Numbered from the stretch's first letter, positions 28,957-38,139 are shown. The stretch: 64,000 bases of DNA from Nitrosopumilaceae archaeon (GCA_041609855.1 JBFIPZ010000001.1:1491-65490), one strand, 5' to 3'. A program made the numbers and translations. The notes: generated by a model from the sequence alone, not told the origin.

Positions 28957-29427
28957 TTATCTTATTATTAAAACTGGGCATTTTGCATTTTCTGATACCC
29001 TTCTACTTACACTTCCAAGAGTCTTTAATTTTCCTAATCCATGAAGCCCAACACTCCCAATAATTATTAATGAGATTTTTTTGTCTTTTGCAAAATCCAA
29101 AATCTTACCTGCAATATCTCCTTGATCAATCCAATATGATGCAGTAATTCCTTTTGAGTGACATTTTTTTACAGCTTTTTTTAACATTTTTTCTGCATCT
29201 TCTCTGACTGATTTTGACCACTTTTTAATGGCAGCTTTTTCTTCTTTGGAATTTATTAAACTACGAAGTAATCCTGGAGGAGAAATATATCCTACATTTA
29301 CCACAGAAAATAAAAATATTTCAGAATCAAGATTGTGTGCAAGCTCCATAGCTCGTGTTAGTGCCTTTACTGAAAATTTTGAACCGTCATATGGAACTAA
29401 AATTTTAGTTAACATTTTTGAGAACAT
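28957..29427 (-). CDS. universal stress protein (UspA family)
   Basis: Contains KILVPYDGSKFS and IIIGSVGLHGLGKLKTLGSVSRRVSENAKCPVLIIR. Confidence 0.9.
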   Translation of the reverse strand: MFSKMLTKILVPYDGSKFSVKALTRAMELAHNLDSEIFLFSVVNVGYISPPGLLRSLINSKEEKAAIKKWSKSVREDAEKMLKKAVKKCHSKGITASYWIDQGDIAGKILDFAKDKKISLIIIGSVGLHGLGKLKTLGSVSRRVSENAKCPVLIIR

Positions 29428-29434
29428 ATTACCA

Positions 29435-29878
29435 CTATTTCACCACCAACACTGGTACTTTTGATTTATGAACAACAACCTTTGCTACACTACCCAAAAA
29501 AGCTTCTTTTAATCCACTTTGTCCCCTTGATCCAATAACTATCATATCAAATTTTCCAGTTCTTGTCACTTTTTCTATCTCTACAGTTGGACTCCCAAAA
29601 ATAATTTTTGATCTAAAAACAATTCCTTTTTGAGCACATCGAGTTTTTGCTTCACCCATGAATTTTTTTGCGATCTTTGTAAGATGAATTTGAAAGGGCA
29701 TAATTGCATCAATGAAATTTCTAGGGAAAATTGGTATAACATACAAACCTGTAATTGTTGCCTGGCACTGCCTTGCCAGATAAATTCCCTCATCTAGACC
29801 CCTCATAGAATTTTTAGATCCATCTAATGGAACAAGAATTTTCTTTATTTTCTTCCTAATCATTTCTATACAGATCAA
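29435..29878 (-). CDS. universal stress protein (UspA family)
   Basis: Contains KKILVPLDGSKNS and IVIGSRGQSGLKEAFLGSVAKVVVHKSKVPVLVVK. The true start may be the second ATG at 29863 (MIRKK). Confidence 0.9.
   Translation of the reverse strand: MICIEMIRKKIKKILVPLDGSKNSMRGLDEGIYLARQCQATITGLYVIPIFPRNFIDAIMPFQIHLTKIAKKFMGEAKTRCAQKGIVFRSKIIFGSPTVEIEKVTRTGKFDMIVIGSRGQSGLKEAFLGSVAKVVVHKSKVPVLVVK
29738..29855 (-). repeat. 118-bp inverted repeat, right copy (5' end of a USP gene)
   Basis: Reverse complement of 27998-28115 with one mismatch. Both copies encode KKIKKILVPLDGSKNSMRGLDEGIYLARQCQATITGLYV. Confidence 0.9.
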
Positions 29879-29986
29879 CTTTTATGAATTAATACTAAAT
29901 CTAGATTATCAAATTTAATAATCAACTTTTTCTTAATTGAATTTCAACGGTTTAGTTTAATATCTATGATTACTGATTTTTTTTAA

Positions 29987-30415
29987 ATGAGAAAATCACT
30001 ATACATGAACATCCTAGTTCCATTAGATGGTTCAGAATATTCGCAAAAAGCTCTTATTCAAGCATGCGACCTTGCTAAAGTATACCAATCAAATTTGATT
30101 TTAGTTTATGTTGTTGATAAATCTCCCTCTTTAAATTTATTAGATAGAAAGGAGTTTTTAGAAATTCTTCGAAAATTTGGAAATAGGGTTCTAACCAAAG
30201 GAAAAAAAATCGCTAATGACAAAGGACTGGATGTTACTACGATAATAAAAGAAGGGAATGTAACAAACGAAATTGTAAAACTTGCTAAAAATAAAAAATG
30301 TAACTTGATTATAGCGGGAAATAAAGGCCTTGGTGCCACTGCAAGGTTCTTCCTTGGTAGTGTATCAAATAAACTTGCAAATAGTTCTCCTTGTTCCTTA
30401 TTAATAGTAAAATAA
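29987..30415 (+). CDS. universal stress protein (UspA family)
   Basis: Contains NILVPLDGSEYS and IIAGNKGLGATARFFLGSVSNKLANSSPCSLLIVK. Confidence 0.9.
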   Translation: MRKSLYMNILVPLDGSEYSQKALIQACDLAKVYQSNLILVYVVDKSPSLNLLDRKEFLEILRKFGNRVLTKGKKIANDKGLDVTTIIKEGNVTNEIVKLAKNKKCNLIIAGNKGLGATARFFLGSVSNKLANSSPCSLLIVK

Positions 30416-30416
30416 T

Positions 30417-31328
30417 TTAAGCTTCTGCAATTGCTTTTACAACATCAGCTTTTGTAACAATTCCTACAAGTTTCGAATTTTTTACAACTGGTAATCCACT
30501 AATACCATTTCTTATCATTAATAAAACAGCAACGCTAACATCCTCATCAGCTTTTACGGTAATTGGGTTAGGCGTCATAATATCTACAGCTTTGAATTGA
30601 AGTAAATGACTCATTTGATTTACCTGAAATTCTCCGAGATCTTTCTTGGTCCTATAATCCTCCACCTCCTTAGGATCTGCAAATTGAGAAATCCAATGTG
30701 GTAATTTTGCGGGTACAAAATCCCTATATGTGATTATTCCAACAGGAATTTTATCACGTTGGATAATAATTCTTGAAATTCGGTTATGAATTAACAAACT
30801 TTCCACATAAAGCAAAGAATCTCCTGGCATTGCAGTAACTACTTGTCTAGTCATAATTTTTGATACTTTAAGGGGAGACGCAGCATGGGTTAGAAAAATT
30901 GAAGCTAAATCTGTTTTTGTAACTAAACCTTCTAAAATTCCATTTTCTCTCAAAATAATAACCGAACTAATACGATGTTTCTTCATTATTTTTGCGCAAT
31001 CATATACCGATGCCGTTTTTTTTAACGTAAATAGTGTTTTTGACATAAATCCTGACACCTTTACAGATTTGATCGGTTTGTCCCCTAAGGCATAGATCGT
31101 TTTTGCAATATCTTTCTCTGTAATAATCCCAACTGGAATTTTTTTAGAATTAATCACAACAAGCCGTTTTAAATTATGTCGAAGTAAAATTCCTCTTGCC
31201 TCAAGTAGACTAGTATTTGGGCTGATGGTAATAGTTTTTTTTATAATTATTTGGTTTAAACTGGCATTTTTTAATAGCATTAATTCATTTGATTCTTGAA
31301 CTGTTAAATATATGAACTCAAATATCAC
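30417..31328 (-). CDS. protein with four CBS domains
   Basis: 303 aa with four CBS repeats (for example KRLVVINSKKIPVGIITEKDI and SGLPVVKNSKLVGIVTKADV). Confidence 0.85.
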   Translation of the reverse strand: MIFEFIYLTVQESNELMLLKNASLNQIIIKKTITISPNTSLLEARGILLRHNLKRLVVINSKKIPVGIITEKDIAKTIYALGDKPIKSVKVSGFMSKTLFTLKKTASVYDCAKIMKKHRISSVIILRENGILEGLVTKTDLASIFLTHAASPLKVSKIMTRQVVTAMPGDSLLYVESLLIHNRISRIIIQRDKIPVGIITYRDFVPAKLPHWISQFADPKEVEDYRTKKDLGEFQVNQMSHLLQFKAVDIMTPNPITVKADEDVSVAVLLMIRNGISGLPVVKNSKLVGIVTKADVVKAIAEA

Positions 31329-31400
31329 ACATGAAAATCAAATATGAAAATCTAGGGTTTTCTTTTAATTTAAAACAGGGTGATTAATTAAATAGATCAA

Positions 31401-32567
31401 ATGATTACAGATACAATTTATGAACATCTTAAAGACTTACAGTCTACTAAAATAAGGGATCTAATATCAAAACCTACAATTATTGAACCTGATGAAAAAC
31501 TATCTTCTGTAATTAACAAAATTAGTAGAAATAAAGCATATGATGTATTCTGTTTAAATGGGAAATCTACCCTCTCAACTAACATCCTTTCTTTGCTTAA
31601 TGCAAAAAATATTACAAGCATGAAAGTAGATTCCTTTCTTTCACCAGTTCCTTTTATCTCTCCCGAGGATTCAATTCAAAAAGCGTCCCACATAATGATT
31701 CATTATAAAACAAGAGAAGTTCCTGTTGTTTCCAAAAATAAAATTATTGGAGTCGTGACGGCAAAATCAATTCTTAAATCGCTTTCATTAAAGGACAACA
31801 AATGGATAAAAGGCAATCTAATCTACACACAAAATCCTATTACAATTAACGCAAACGAATCATTGAGTAATGCAAAACGAATAATGACTAGTAAAAAAAT
31901 TGATCATCTTCCAGTGCTTCATAATGGTAAAATTAAACAAGTTTTGACCTCATTTCATCTAATGGAGGCTATAATTCCCAAAGAAAGTTTAGGTCGTTTT
32001 TCGGTAGGAGCAAACCGAGTTCATAAATTAGAATCAAGGATTGGGAATATTGGGAGTACGAGAATTCCTCAATGTTCACCTAATGATGATCTAAACAAAA
32101 TTCTTAATTCTATGCTAAAGAGTGATACAACGTGTTGTCTGGTTAATCTCTGGGATAATCTACAAGGAATAATTACATTCAAAGATATCCTAGGACTATT
32201 AGCATCCAAAATTGAAACACAAATTCCATTATTTATAGTTGGAATGCCAGAAGATCAACGCAACTCCAATTTGATTAAATCTAAATTTGAAAAAACTTTA
32301 AAAAGATTACAACAAACTTATTCAGAAATTCACGAAGCTAGAGTTTCAATTAAGAAACAAAGAAGTGGAGGAAAAAAAGAAGGAAAATTTGAGGTTTCAA
32401 TTATGGTTTCTACCTCTCACCACGCTCCACTAATTTACAAATCTGTTGGATTTGATCTAAGTGAAGTTTTAGAAGAAATTAGCCAAAAACTATTAAGGAA
32501 TCTATCTAAACGGGCTAAACGAAGATCAAAAACTAGTATTAGAAAAATGGGATTACCAGTATTCTAA
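31401..32567 (+). CDS. four CBS domains fused to a C-terminal HPF/RaiA (S30AE)-like domain
   Basis: Residues ~1-270 carry four CBS repeats. The last ~110 aa read IPLFIVGMPEDQRNSNLIKSKFEKTLKRLQQTYSEIHEARVSIKK...GKFEVSIMVSTSHHAPLIYKSVGFDLSEVLEEISQKLLRNLSKRAKRRSK. Their spacing follows the beta-alpha-beta-beta-beta-alpha layout and basic tail of bacterial hibernation-promoting factor. Confidence 0.75.
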   Translation: MITDTIYEHLKDLQSTKIRDLISKPTIIEPDEKLSSVINKISRNKAYDVFCLNGKSTLSTNILSLLNAKNITSMKVDSFLSPVPFISPEDSIQKASHIMIHYKTREVPVVSKNKIIGVVTAKSILKSLSLKDNKWIKGNLIYTQNPITINANESLSNAKRIMTSKKIDHLPVLHNGKIKQVLTSFHLMEAIIPKESLGRFSVGANRVHKLESRIGNIGSTRIPQCSPNDDLNKILNSMLKSDTTCCLVNLWDNLQGIITFKDILGLLASKIETQIPLFIVGMPEDQRNSNLIKSKFEKTLKRLQQTYSEIHEARVSIKKQRSGGKKEGKFEVSIMVSTSHHAPLIYKSVGFDLSEVLEEISQKLLRNLSKRAKRRSKTSIRKMGLPVF

Positions 32568-32569
32568 TT

Positions 32570-33289
32570 ATGCAAACCAGCAAAAAAATACCCAAAGAAA
32601 ACATATTACTTGTAGGATTTCCAAGTAATGGCCTTGTAGGAACTTTTACTATTTCATATTTAATTCATCATTTAGAAATGAATCAAATAGGAGAGATAGA
32701 ACATCTAGATTTACCTCCTACCTTATTTGTCGAAGATGGAGAAATTCTCCCACCCATTAGAATCTATAAAAAAAATAATCTTTTTGTTATATTGTCAGAT
32801 CTTCCATTCGATCCTTTTATTGCATATGACTTTGCCGAATCGATATTAGATTATTCAAAAAAAAATCAAATTAAAAAAATAATTATAATAAGTGGAATGG
32901 AAACAACAAACAGAGATCCAAAAGCTCCCAAAATTTATGGTCTAGTTACACATAAATCATTAGAAAAACTTCTTTATGATTTCAGAATTTCCAAATTTTT
33001 AGCAGGTTCAATTTTTGGAACGGATGCAGCAATGATTACATCCTTTAGAAAATCCCAAATTCCCGCCTTAATCTTATATGCAGAATGTCATCCCTTTTTC
33101 CCTGATCCTGAAGCCTCCATTACAGCAATTACTACTTTAGCTAGGGTATTAGATGTAAAAATAGACACCGCTGATATACAAAAGAAAATTGAATGGTTAC
33201 GGATTCAACATAGGAATTTAATGGACGAAACTATTCGTTCCTTACAACAAGAAAAAAAAGTTGGAAGACCTCCTCAAATTTACAGGTGA
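32570..33289 (+). CDS. PAC2-family proteasome assembly chaperone-like protein (PbaA/B-like)
   Basis: The N-terminus LVGFPSNGLVGTFTISYLIHHL is typical of the PAC2 family. The protein ends ...PPQIYR, a hydrophobic-Tyr-X (HbYX) terminus. It starts 2 nt after the preceding stop. Confidence 0.8.
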   Translation: MQTSKKIPKENILLVGFPSNGLVGTFTISYLIHHLEMNQIGEIEHLDLPPTLFVEDGEILPPIRIYKKNNLFVILSDLPFDPFIAYDFAESILDYSKKNQIKKIIIISGMETTNRDPKAPKIYGLVTHKSLEKLLYDFRISKFLAGSIFGTDAAMITSFRKSQIPALILYAECHPFFPDPEASITAITTLARVLDVKIDTADIQKKIEWLRIQHRNLMDETIRSLQQEKKVGRPPQIYR

Positions 33290-33293
33290 TTTT

Positions 33294-33686
33294 ATGGTTA
33301 AAGATGATAACAAATCTGAATTTCGGATCTTATCACCATCAATTAGCTCATTGCTAAGCGATGATATTGATCAACGGACACTCTCTCCGCTGTCTTGTTT
33401 AAGGGAATTTGAAACAAATTGGTTACTAGAGTTTGATCTTCCGCTTGTAAACAAAAATGACATAAAAATAACAATTAATGACAATTCAATTTCTGTAGAA
33501 GCAAAATTAAAAGAAAGCTATTTAGAAGAAAAATTAGGTGTGAAAACAAAATTTGAATATTTCAAAAAAACTCTTACTCTTCCTAGAAAAATTGATGACA
33601 AAAAAACAACTGCTAAATTTAACAAGGGGAGATTAACAATTAAAATACCAAAGGCAGCTTCAGGCCATAAAATCCAAATTCGGTGA
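33294..33686 (+). CDS. Hsp20/alpha-crystallin-like small heat-shock protein
   Basis: Contains WLLEFDLPLVNKNDIKITINDNSISVEAK...TAKFNKGRLTIKIPK. I place the start at ATG 33294 (MVKDDNK), 4 nt after the PAC2 stop, rather than at the overlapping upstream codon 33261. Confidence 0.75.
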   Translation: MVKDDNKSEFRILSPSISSLLSDDIDQRTLSPLSCLREFETNWLLEFDLPLVNKNDIKITINDNSISVEAKLKESYLEEKLGVKTKFEYFKKTLTLPRKIDDKKTTAKFNKGRLTIKIPKAASGHKIQIR

Positions 33687-33959
33687 TTATTTGAAAAATT
33701 GATCGATTTGATCTCTATACTTCACCGTAATTTTTCCAAATTCAGTAAAATCTTCAGCAGTAGGGTATTTCATTCTCATGGCATATTGATTTACAAAAAT
33801 TGAAACTGCACTCCCTACAATTAGATTATAGCATGCATCAGCCAAATTTTTTGAATAAGGATATGCAATTTTAATGAAGGGCAAATATGCCTCAGTTTGT
33901 GAAATCATTAATTTTATTTGCTTTTCAATAAAATCTTGTACATCCTCAGGGATTGGCAT
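33687..33959 (-). CDS. hypothetical protein
   Basis: 90-aa ORF with no competing ORF and no recognisable motif. Confidence 0.45.
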   Translation of the reverse strand: MPIPEDVQDFIEKQIKLMISQTEAYLPFIKIAYPYSKNLADACYNLIVGSAVSIFVNQYAMRMKYPTAEDFTEFGKITVKYRDQIDQFFK

Positions 33960-34014
33960 GATAACAATAATACATTATCCTAATAAATAAGCACTTTTTA
34001 CTTTTTCAATTATT

Positions 34015-34233
34015 TTAGGGAATAATTTGTTCTAAATATCGTTCTTTACCTTTTCTACTCCTAGGTAAACATCTAAGCTGTCTATTGCAACAAGGACAAG
34101 AGATCCCATCAAATTCAACAAAAATTTCGCAATAGTTACACCTTTTTTGCCCAGAAGCATATCTTCCAATTCGAGATGGTTTCTGAGCCTTAAAATTCTT
34201 GCACTCGCCATTACAATAAGTCATTTTTTCCAC
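34015..34233 (-). CDS. small zinc-ribbon protein
   Basis: 72 aa with CNGEC, CNYC and CPCC cysteine pairs. Confidence 0.5.
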   Translation of the reverse strand: MEKMTYCNGECKNFKAQKPSRIGRYASGQKRCNYCEIFVEFDGISCPCCNRQLRCLPRSRKGKERYLEQIIP

Positions 34234-34396
34234 CTTCTTTTTTTAATTATAATATAATACTCTAATTTCTAATTTCATATTTGATAATTACCTTTGAAAA
34301 TAAATAACAAAATTCTAGAAAAAATAGAAATTAATTTCTAATAAATCAAAATTTTGTAGTATTGAATTTATAACACATATAATTCAAGTAAAAAAA

Positions 34397-34696
34397 TTGA
34401 TAGAACTTGATAGAAAAATATTTGGTCAAATTACGCTTAAAGAAATCATTGGTGCCTCGCCACCAGCAATTCCAGATACAAAAAATCTACTTGATGCTGA
34501 ACTACAACAATTAACAAGAAAACTTGAAACGCAAACCACAGAGACATTACAAATATTGTTAAAAGAACAAAAAATATTAGAAAATCATGTAAATAGTAGG
34601 TCTGGTGCTATGGCTCTTGCTCAAGATAAAATTCAATTATTTACACAATATAGTCAACGATATATTGAAAGGATAAACAGAAAACTCTATTCCTGA
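34397..34696 (+). CDS. hypothetical helical protein
   Basis: 99-aa ORF starting at TTG. No motifs. Confidence 0.35.
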   Translation: MIELDRKIFGQITLKEIIGASPPAIPDTKNLLDAELQQLTRKLETQTTETLQILLKEQKILENHVNSRSGAMALAQDKIQLFTQYSQRYIERINRKLYS

Positions 34697-34708
34697 ATTT
34701 TTTAAATT

Positions 34709-36124
34709 TTATTTGACATTTTCTTTTTGAGAGTCCTCTGGGGGTTTTTGAATAAAACCACCTTCTTTTGGATCTGGAGGTGGAATTTTTTTTGATCGTC
34801 CCAAACCAATTGTAGTGATGATTACTGAAGCTAAAATAATAAAGAAAACTATTTGAGGATAAATTTCTGCGTTTGGCAATCCTAATGTTAAAGGAATTGT
34901 TGCCAATACCGCAGCAGCTAAACCACGAGGAATCATTGAGTAGGTGACCTTCTTATCTAATAATGAGAATCTTTTAGTTAAAGTGATCTTACCCACAATT
35001 AGTCTTCCAAAATAAATAACAATTGTAATTCCAACCCCTAGTATGGCATATTCTAAACTACCTATACTTGCCAATAATCCTACAAATACAAAGAAGAAAG
35101 ATCTTACCAAAAAGGTTAACTGGTTATGAGTTGGATCATCAACCTCTACTCTAGGAACTTTGAATCTCAAAATCTTCGAGAGATTATTTCTATTTCCTAT
35201 CATTAATCCAAATACTAATGCAGTCAGAGCCCCCGATTCTCCAAAGGAAACTGCCAAGAAGAATAAGACAAATAGGATTCCAAGTGTAAGCATGTAAGCA
35301 TGTTGTGTGTTTGCTAACTTGGTAGATACATACATCCATGGAATTCCTACTCCAAAACCTAAAACTAGTCCTACAACGATTGCTCTGCCTAAGGTTTCTT
35401 GTAAAACCTGAAGATCAAATTGACCTGCAAGTATTGCCCCAAATAAAATAAAGGCAATAATTGTAGATAAGATATCGGTCAAGGCAGATTCAAAACTAAG
35501 CATATTCTTTGCTTCCTCTGAAATCCTAATGTTTCTCACGAGGCCAAATACAATTACAGAACTACTTCCTCCAACTATTGATCCGAGAAGAATACTTTCT
35601 AACCATGACCAATCTAGAACATAATGTACTGCTAGAGTTGCAATTATAACTGATAAAATAAAACCTAGTATTGCTAAGGTAAACGAAAAATGAGCTGTTT
35701 TTATAATATGTTTTAAATCTAAATTTAGTCCTCCATCAAACATGATTATTATCAATGCCAAAGCTGCAAAATATGGAACAATTTGTAAAACAGCCTCTGG
35801 TTGAATTATTCCAAGAATTGGTCCTATTATTACTCCTAATACCATCAAAAATGCAATATCGGGTATTCCTGTTTTTTTAAAAAAGGCCTCACCAATAACT
35901 CCTGAAAAAATAACCACACCTGCAGCAAGTAATAACACATGAGCAGAAGCTATTGGTCCTTCTTGACTTAAGGTACCGATAAAATCCTGAAATTCATTTA
36001 GTTTAACAAGTATGAAATTAATGTCAATTCTATTCAAAAATCCTAGGTCCCCTAACTGCCCTCTTAATATATCCAAAACTCCAAAAAAGACTGGGAACAT
36101 TCTATAGGTGACTCTAATTATCAC
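34709..36124 (-). CDS. cation:proton (Na+/H+) antiporter, CPA family
   Basis: 471 aa with about 11-12 TM helices and the layout typical of sodium/hydrogen exchanger proteins. The real start may lie downstream of the first ATG. Confidence 0.75.
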   Translation of the reverse strand: MIIRVTYRMFPVFFGVLDILRGQLGDLGFLNRIDINFILVKLNEFQDFIGTLSQEGPIASAHVLLLAAGVVIFSGVIGEAFFKKTGIPDIAFLMVLGVIIGPILGIIQPEAVLQIVPYFAALALIIIMFDGGLNLDLKHIIKTAHFSFTLAILGFILSVIIATLAVHYVLDWSWLESILLGSIVGGSSSVIVFGLVRNIRISEEAKNMLSFESALTDILSTIIAFILFGAILAGQFDLQVLQETLGRAIVVGLVLGFGVGIPWMYVSTKLANTQHAYMLTLGILFVLFFLAVSFGESGALTALVFGLMIGNRNNLSKILRFKVPRVEVDDPTHNQLTFLVRSFFFVFVGLLASIGSLEYAILGVGITIVIYFGRLIVGKITLTKRFSLLDKKVTYSMIPRGLAAAVLATIPLTLGLPNAEIYPQIVFFIILASVIITTIGLGRSKKIPPPDPKEGGFIQKPPEDSQKENVK

Positions 36125-36225
36125 TTATTAAAAGGCAAATTAGTCAAGGTAGATTGATTCAATGTTTATGATTAATTTAAAAAAACTACGAACAAATTAA
36201 ATCCCTGATTAAAGACCAATTTTTA

Positions 36226-36768
36226 TTGAGTGCAACGGCCGAACTTCGAGCGGATCATGATCAGGTCCGGCGTCTGCAAAAAATTATTGAAAAATGTTCA
36301 GAAAAGATAACCAATGGATCAAAAATTCCATTTTCAGATATTGACAAGATAACAATAATTATTTATGAATTTGTAGATACCATTCATCATTCTAGAGAAG
36401 AAAACTCCTACTTTCCATGTGTAGCAAGCTATGATACTTTAAAAGAAGAAATTCGAAAATTTATGATAGAACATGAATTTGGACGAAACATTGCAAGGGA
36501 AATTAACAAACATCTACAAAGATGGAAAAAAGGAGAAGATGCAAGAGAACCAGTTTCAAGATTTTTGAGAACTTATTCAGTATACCTTTTTGATCATCTG
36601 AACAAAGAAAACAAATTTTTTGATCAAGCAGAAGCTGAGGTTCTATCAAAAGAAGAAGAAACTGAGATGTACGAACAATATAGATCAATTACTGCTATTA
36701 CAAAAAAGAAAGAAGACATGATAAAAGAAATAGACTTCCTAGAAAACCAACCTTGGTTTAAAATTTAA
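36226..36768 (+). CDS. hemerythrin-like (HHE cation-binding) domain protein
   Basis: His/Glu-rich helical pattern: LRADHDQV, HHSREE, EHEFGR and FDHLNKENKFF. The start codon is TTG. Confidence 0.55.
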   Translation: MSATAELRADHDQVRRLQKIIEKCSEKITNGSKIPFSDIDKITIIIYEFVDTIHHSREENSYFPCVASYDTLKEEIRKFMIEHEFGRNIAREINKHLQRWKKGEDAREPVSRFLRTYSVYLFDHLNKENKFFDQAEAEVLSKEEETEMYEQYRSITAITKKKEDMIKEIDFLENQPWFKI

Positions 36769-36806
36769 CGTAAGCTCTTTATGTTGTATTAATTTTAGAA
36801 ATTAAT

Positions 36807-37322
36807 ATGAAGCCATTTGTACTTTGGATGACGGGACTTCCATGTTCAGGAAAGACCACGATCGTTAAAGATCTGCAGAAAGACATTCCAAATTTAGCAA
36901 TGCTTGATGGTGATGAATTACGAGAATGGTTCTCGCCTAAGGACTTTTCAAAAGAAGGTAGGGACGAGCACAACAAAAAGGTTGCCCATTTAGCCAAACT
37001 GTTACTGAAACATGGGGTTCCTAGTGCCGTATCTTTGGTATCTCCATATCTTGAGAATAGAGAAAAAGCAAGAGAAATAATTAATGCAGGTGATCAATTT
37101 GCTGAATGTTATGTAAAATGTTCCCTAGAAAAATGTGAAGAACGAGATGTAAAAGGAATGTATGCAAAGGCAAGAAAAGGCGAAATTAAGGGATTTACAG
37201 GAATCGACGATCCATACGAAGCACCAGAAAAAGCAGATCTTGTAGTGGATACCGAAAATGAACCTCTTTCAGAAAGTGCAAATAAAGTTAAAGAATTCCT
37301 AAAGGGAAGAAATCTAATTTAA
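36807..37322 (+). CDS. cysC: adenylylsulfate (APS) kinase
   Basis: P-loop WMTGLPCSGKTT, then LDGDELR, and a C-terminal FTGIDDPYEAP. Confidence 0.9.
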   Translation: MKPFVLWMTGLPCSGKTTIVKDLQKDIPNLAMLDGDELREWFSPKDFSKEGRDEHNKKVAHLAKLLLKHGVPSAVSLVSPYLENREKAREIINAGDQFAECYVKCSLEKCEERDVKGMYAKARKGEIKGFTGIDDPYEAPEKADLVVDTENEPLSESANKVKEFLKGRNLI

Positions 37323-38129
37323 TTTTTTAAATTCTTCAAGTATCTTGTTATGGATTAAGCTATTTGTAACTAAAATTCCGTTTTGATGATAGACATCCTT
37401 GTTATTATAGGTCAATTCATTTCCACGCAGATCAGTCATTTTTCCTCCGGCTTCATAAATAATACAATACGATGCAGCCGAATCCCACTCTTTCATTTTG
37501 TTAGTTGTTGTAATATATGCTTCAGCTTCGCCGGAACTAATTTTTCCAACCTTTAAAGAACTTCCAATACTTGTGAAATTTTTGAAACCTAATTTTTCAA
37601 TAAGCGTTTTTTCTTCATTTGAGAGGTGATGTCTAGATCCTATAACCCTAGATTCTTTGAGGTTTGAAGTTTTACTAACGGAGATTTCTCCCCAACTGCC
37701 TTCTGAATATCTAAAAGCTCCACTTCCCTTTTGGGCAGCAAAAATAGTATTTTCTGTTGGCCAACCAATTACACCTAAAACAGGTTTTTTGTTTTTTACT
37801 AAGGCAATCATCACAGTAAATTCACCAGTTTTATCTATAAAATCAGAGGTTCCATCTAATGGGTCTACTATCCAAATAATCTCTTGAGATAATCTATTTT
37901 TGTCATCCTTATCCTCTTCAGACAAAATACTGTAAGATGTCTTGGATAAAATTTTCTTAATTATTTCATTGCTCTTTAGATCAGCTTCTGTAATGGGAGA
38001 ATCGTCTTTTTTTATCAAAGTTTCATAATTTTTACCATAAATATCTAAAATTGCATTTCCTGCCTCAACAACTGCCTGCAAAGCTACATCTAACTCTGGA
38101 ATTTTATTAACAATTGGAATTTTTTTCAA
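37314..38129 (-). CDS. cysQ: 3'(2'),5'-bisphosphate nucleotidase / inositol monophosphatase family (CysQ-like)
   Basis: Contains ILSEED, WIVDPLDGTSDF and EWDSAA. It converges on cysC and overlaps it by 9 nt. Confidence 0.75.
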   Translation of the reverse strand: MKKIPIVNKIPELDVALQAVVEAGNAILDIYGKNYETLIKKDDSPITEADLKSNEIIKKILSKTSYSILSEEDKDDKNRLSQEIIWIVDPLDGTSDFIDKTGEFTVMIALVKNKKPVLGVIGWPTENTIFAAQKGSGAFRYSEGSWGEISVSKTSNLKESRVIGSRHHLSNEEKTLIEKLGFKNFTSIGSSLKVGKISSGEAEAYITTTNKMKEWDSAASYCIIYEAGGKMTDLRGNELTYNNKDVYHQNGILVTNSLIHNKILEEFKKLN

Positions 38130-38139
38130 TGATAACTAC

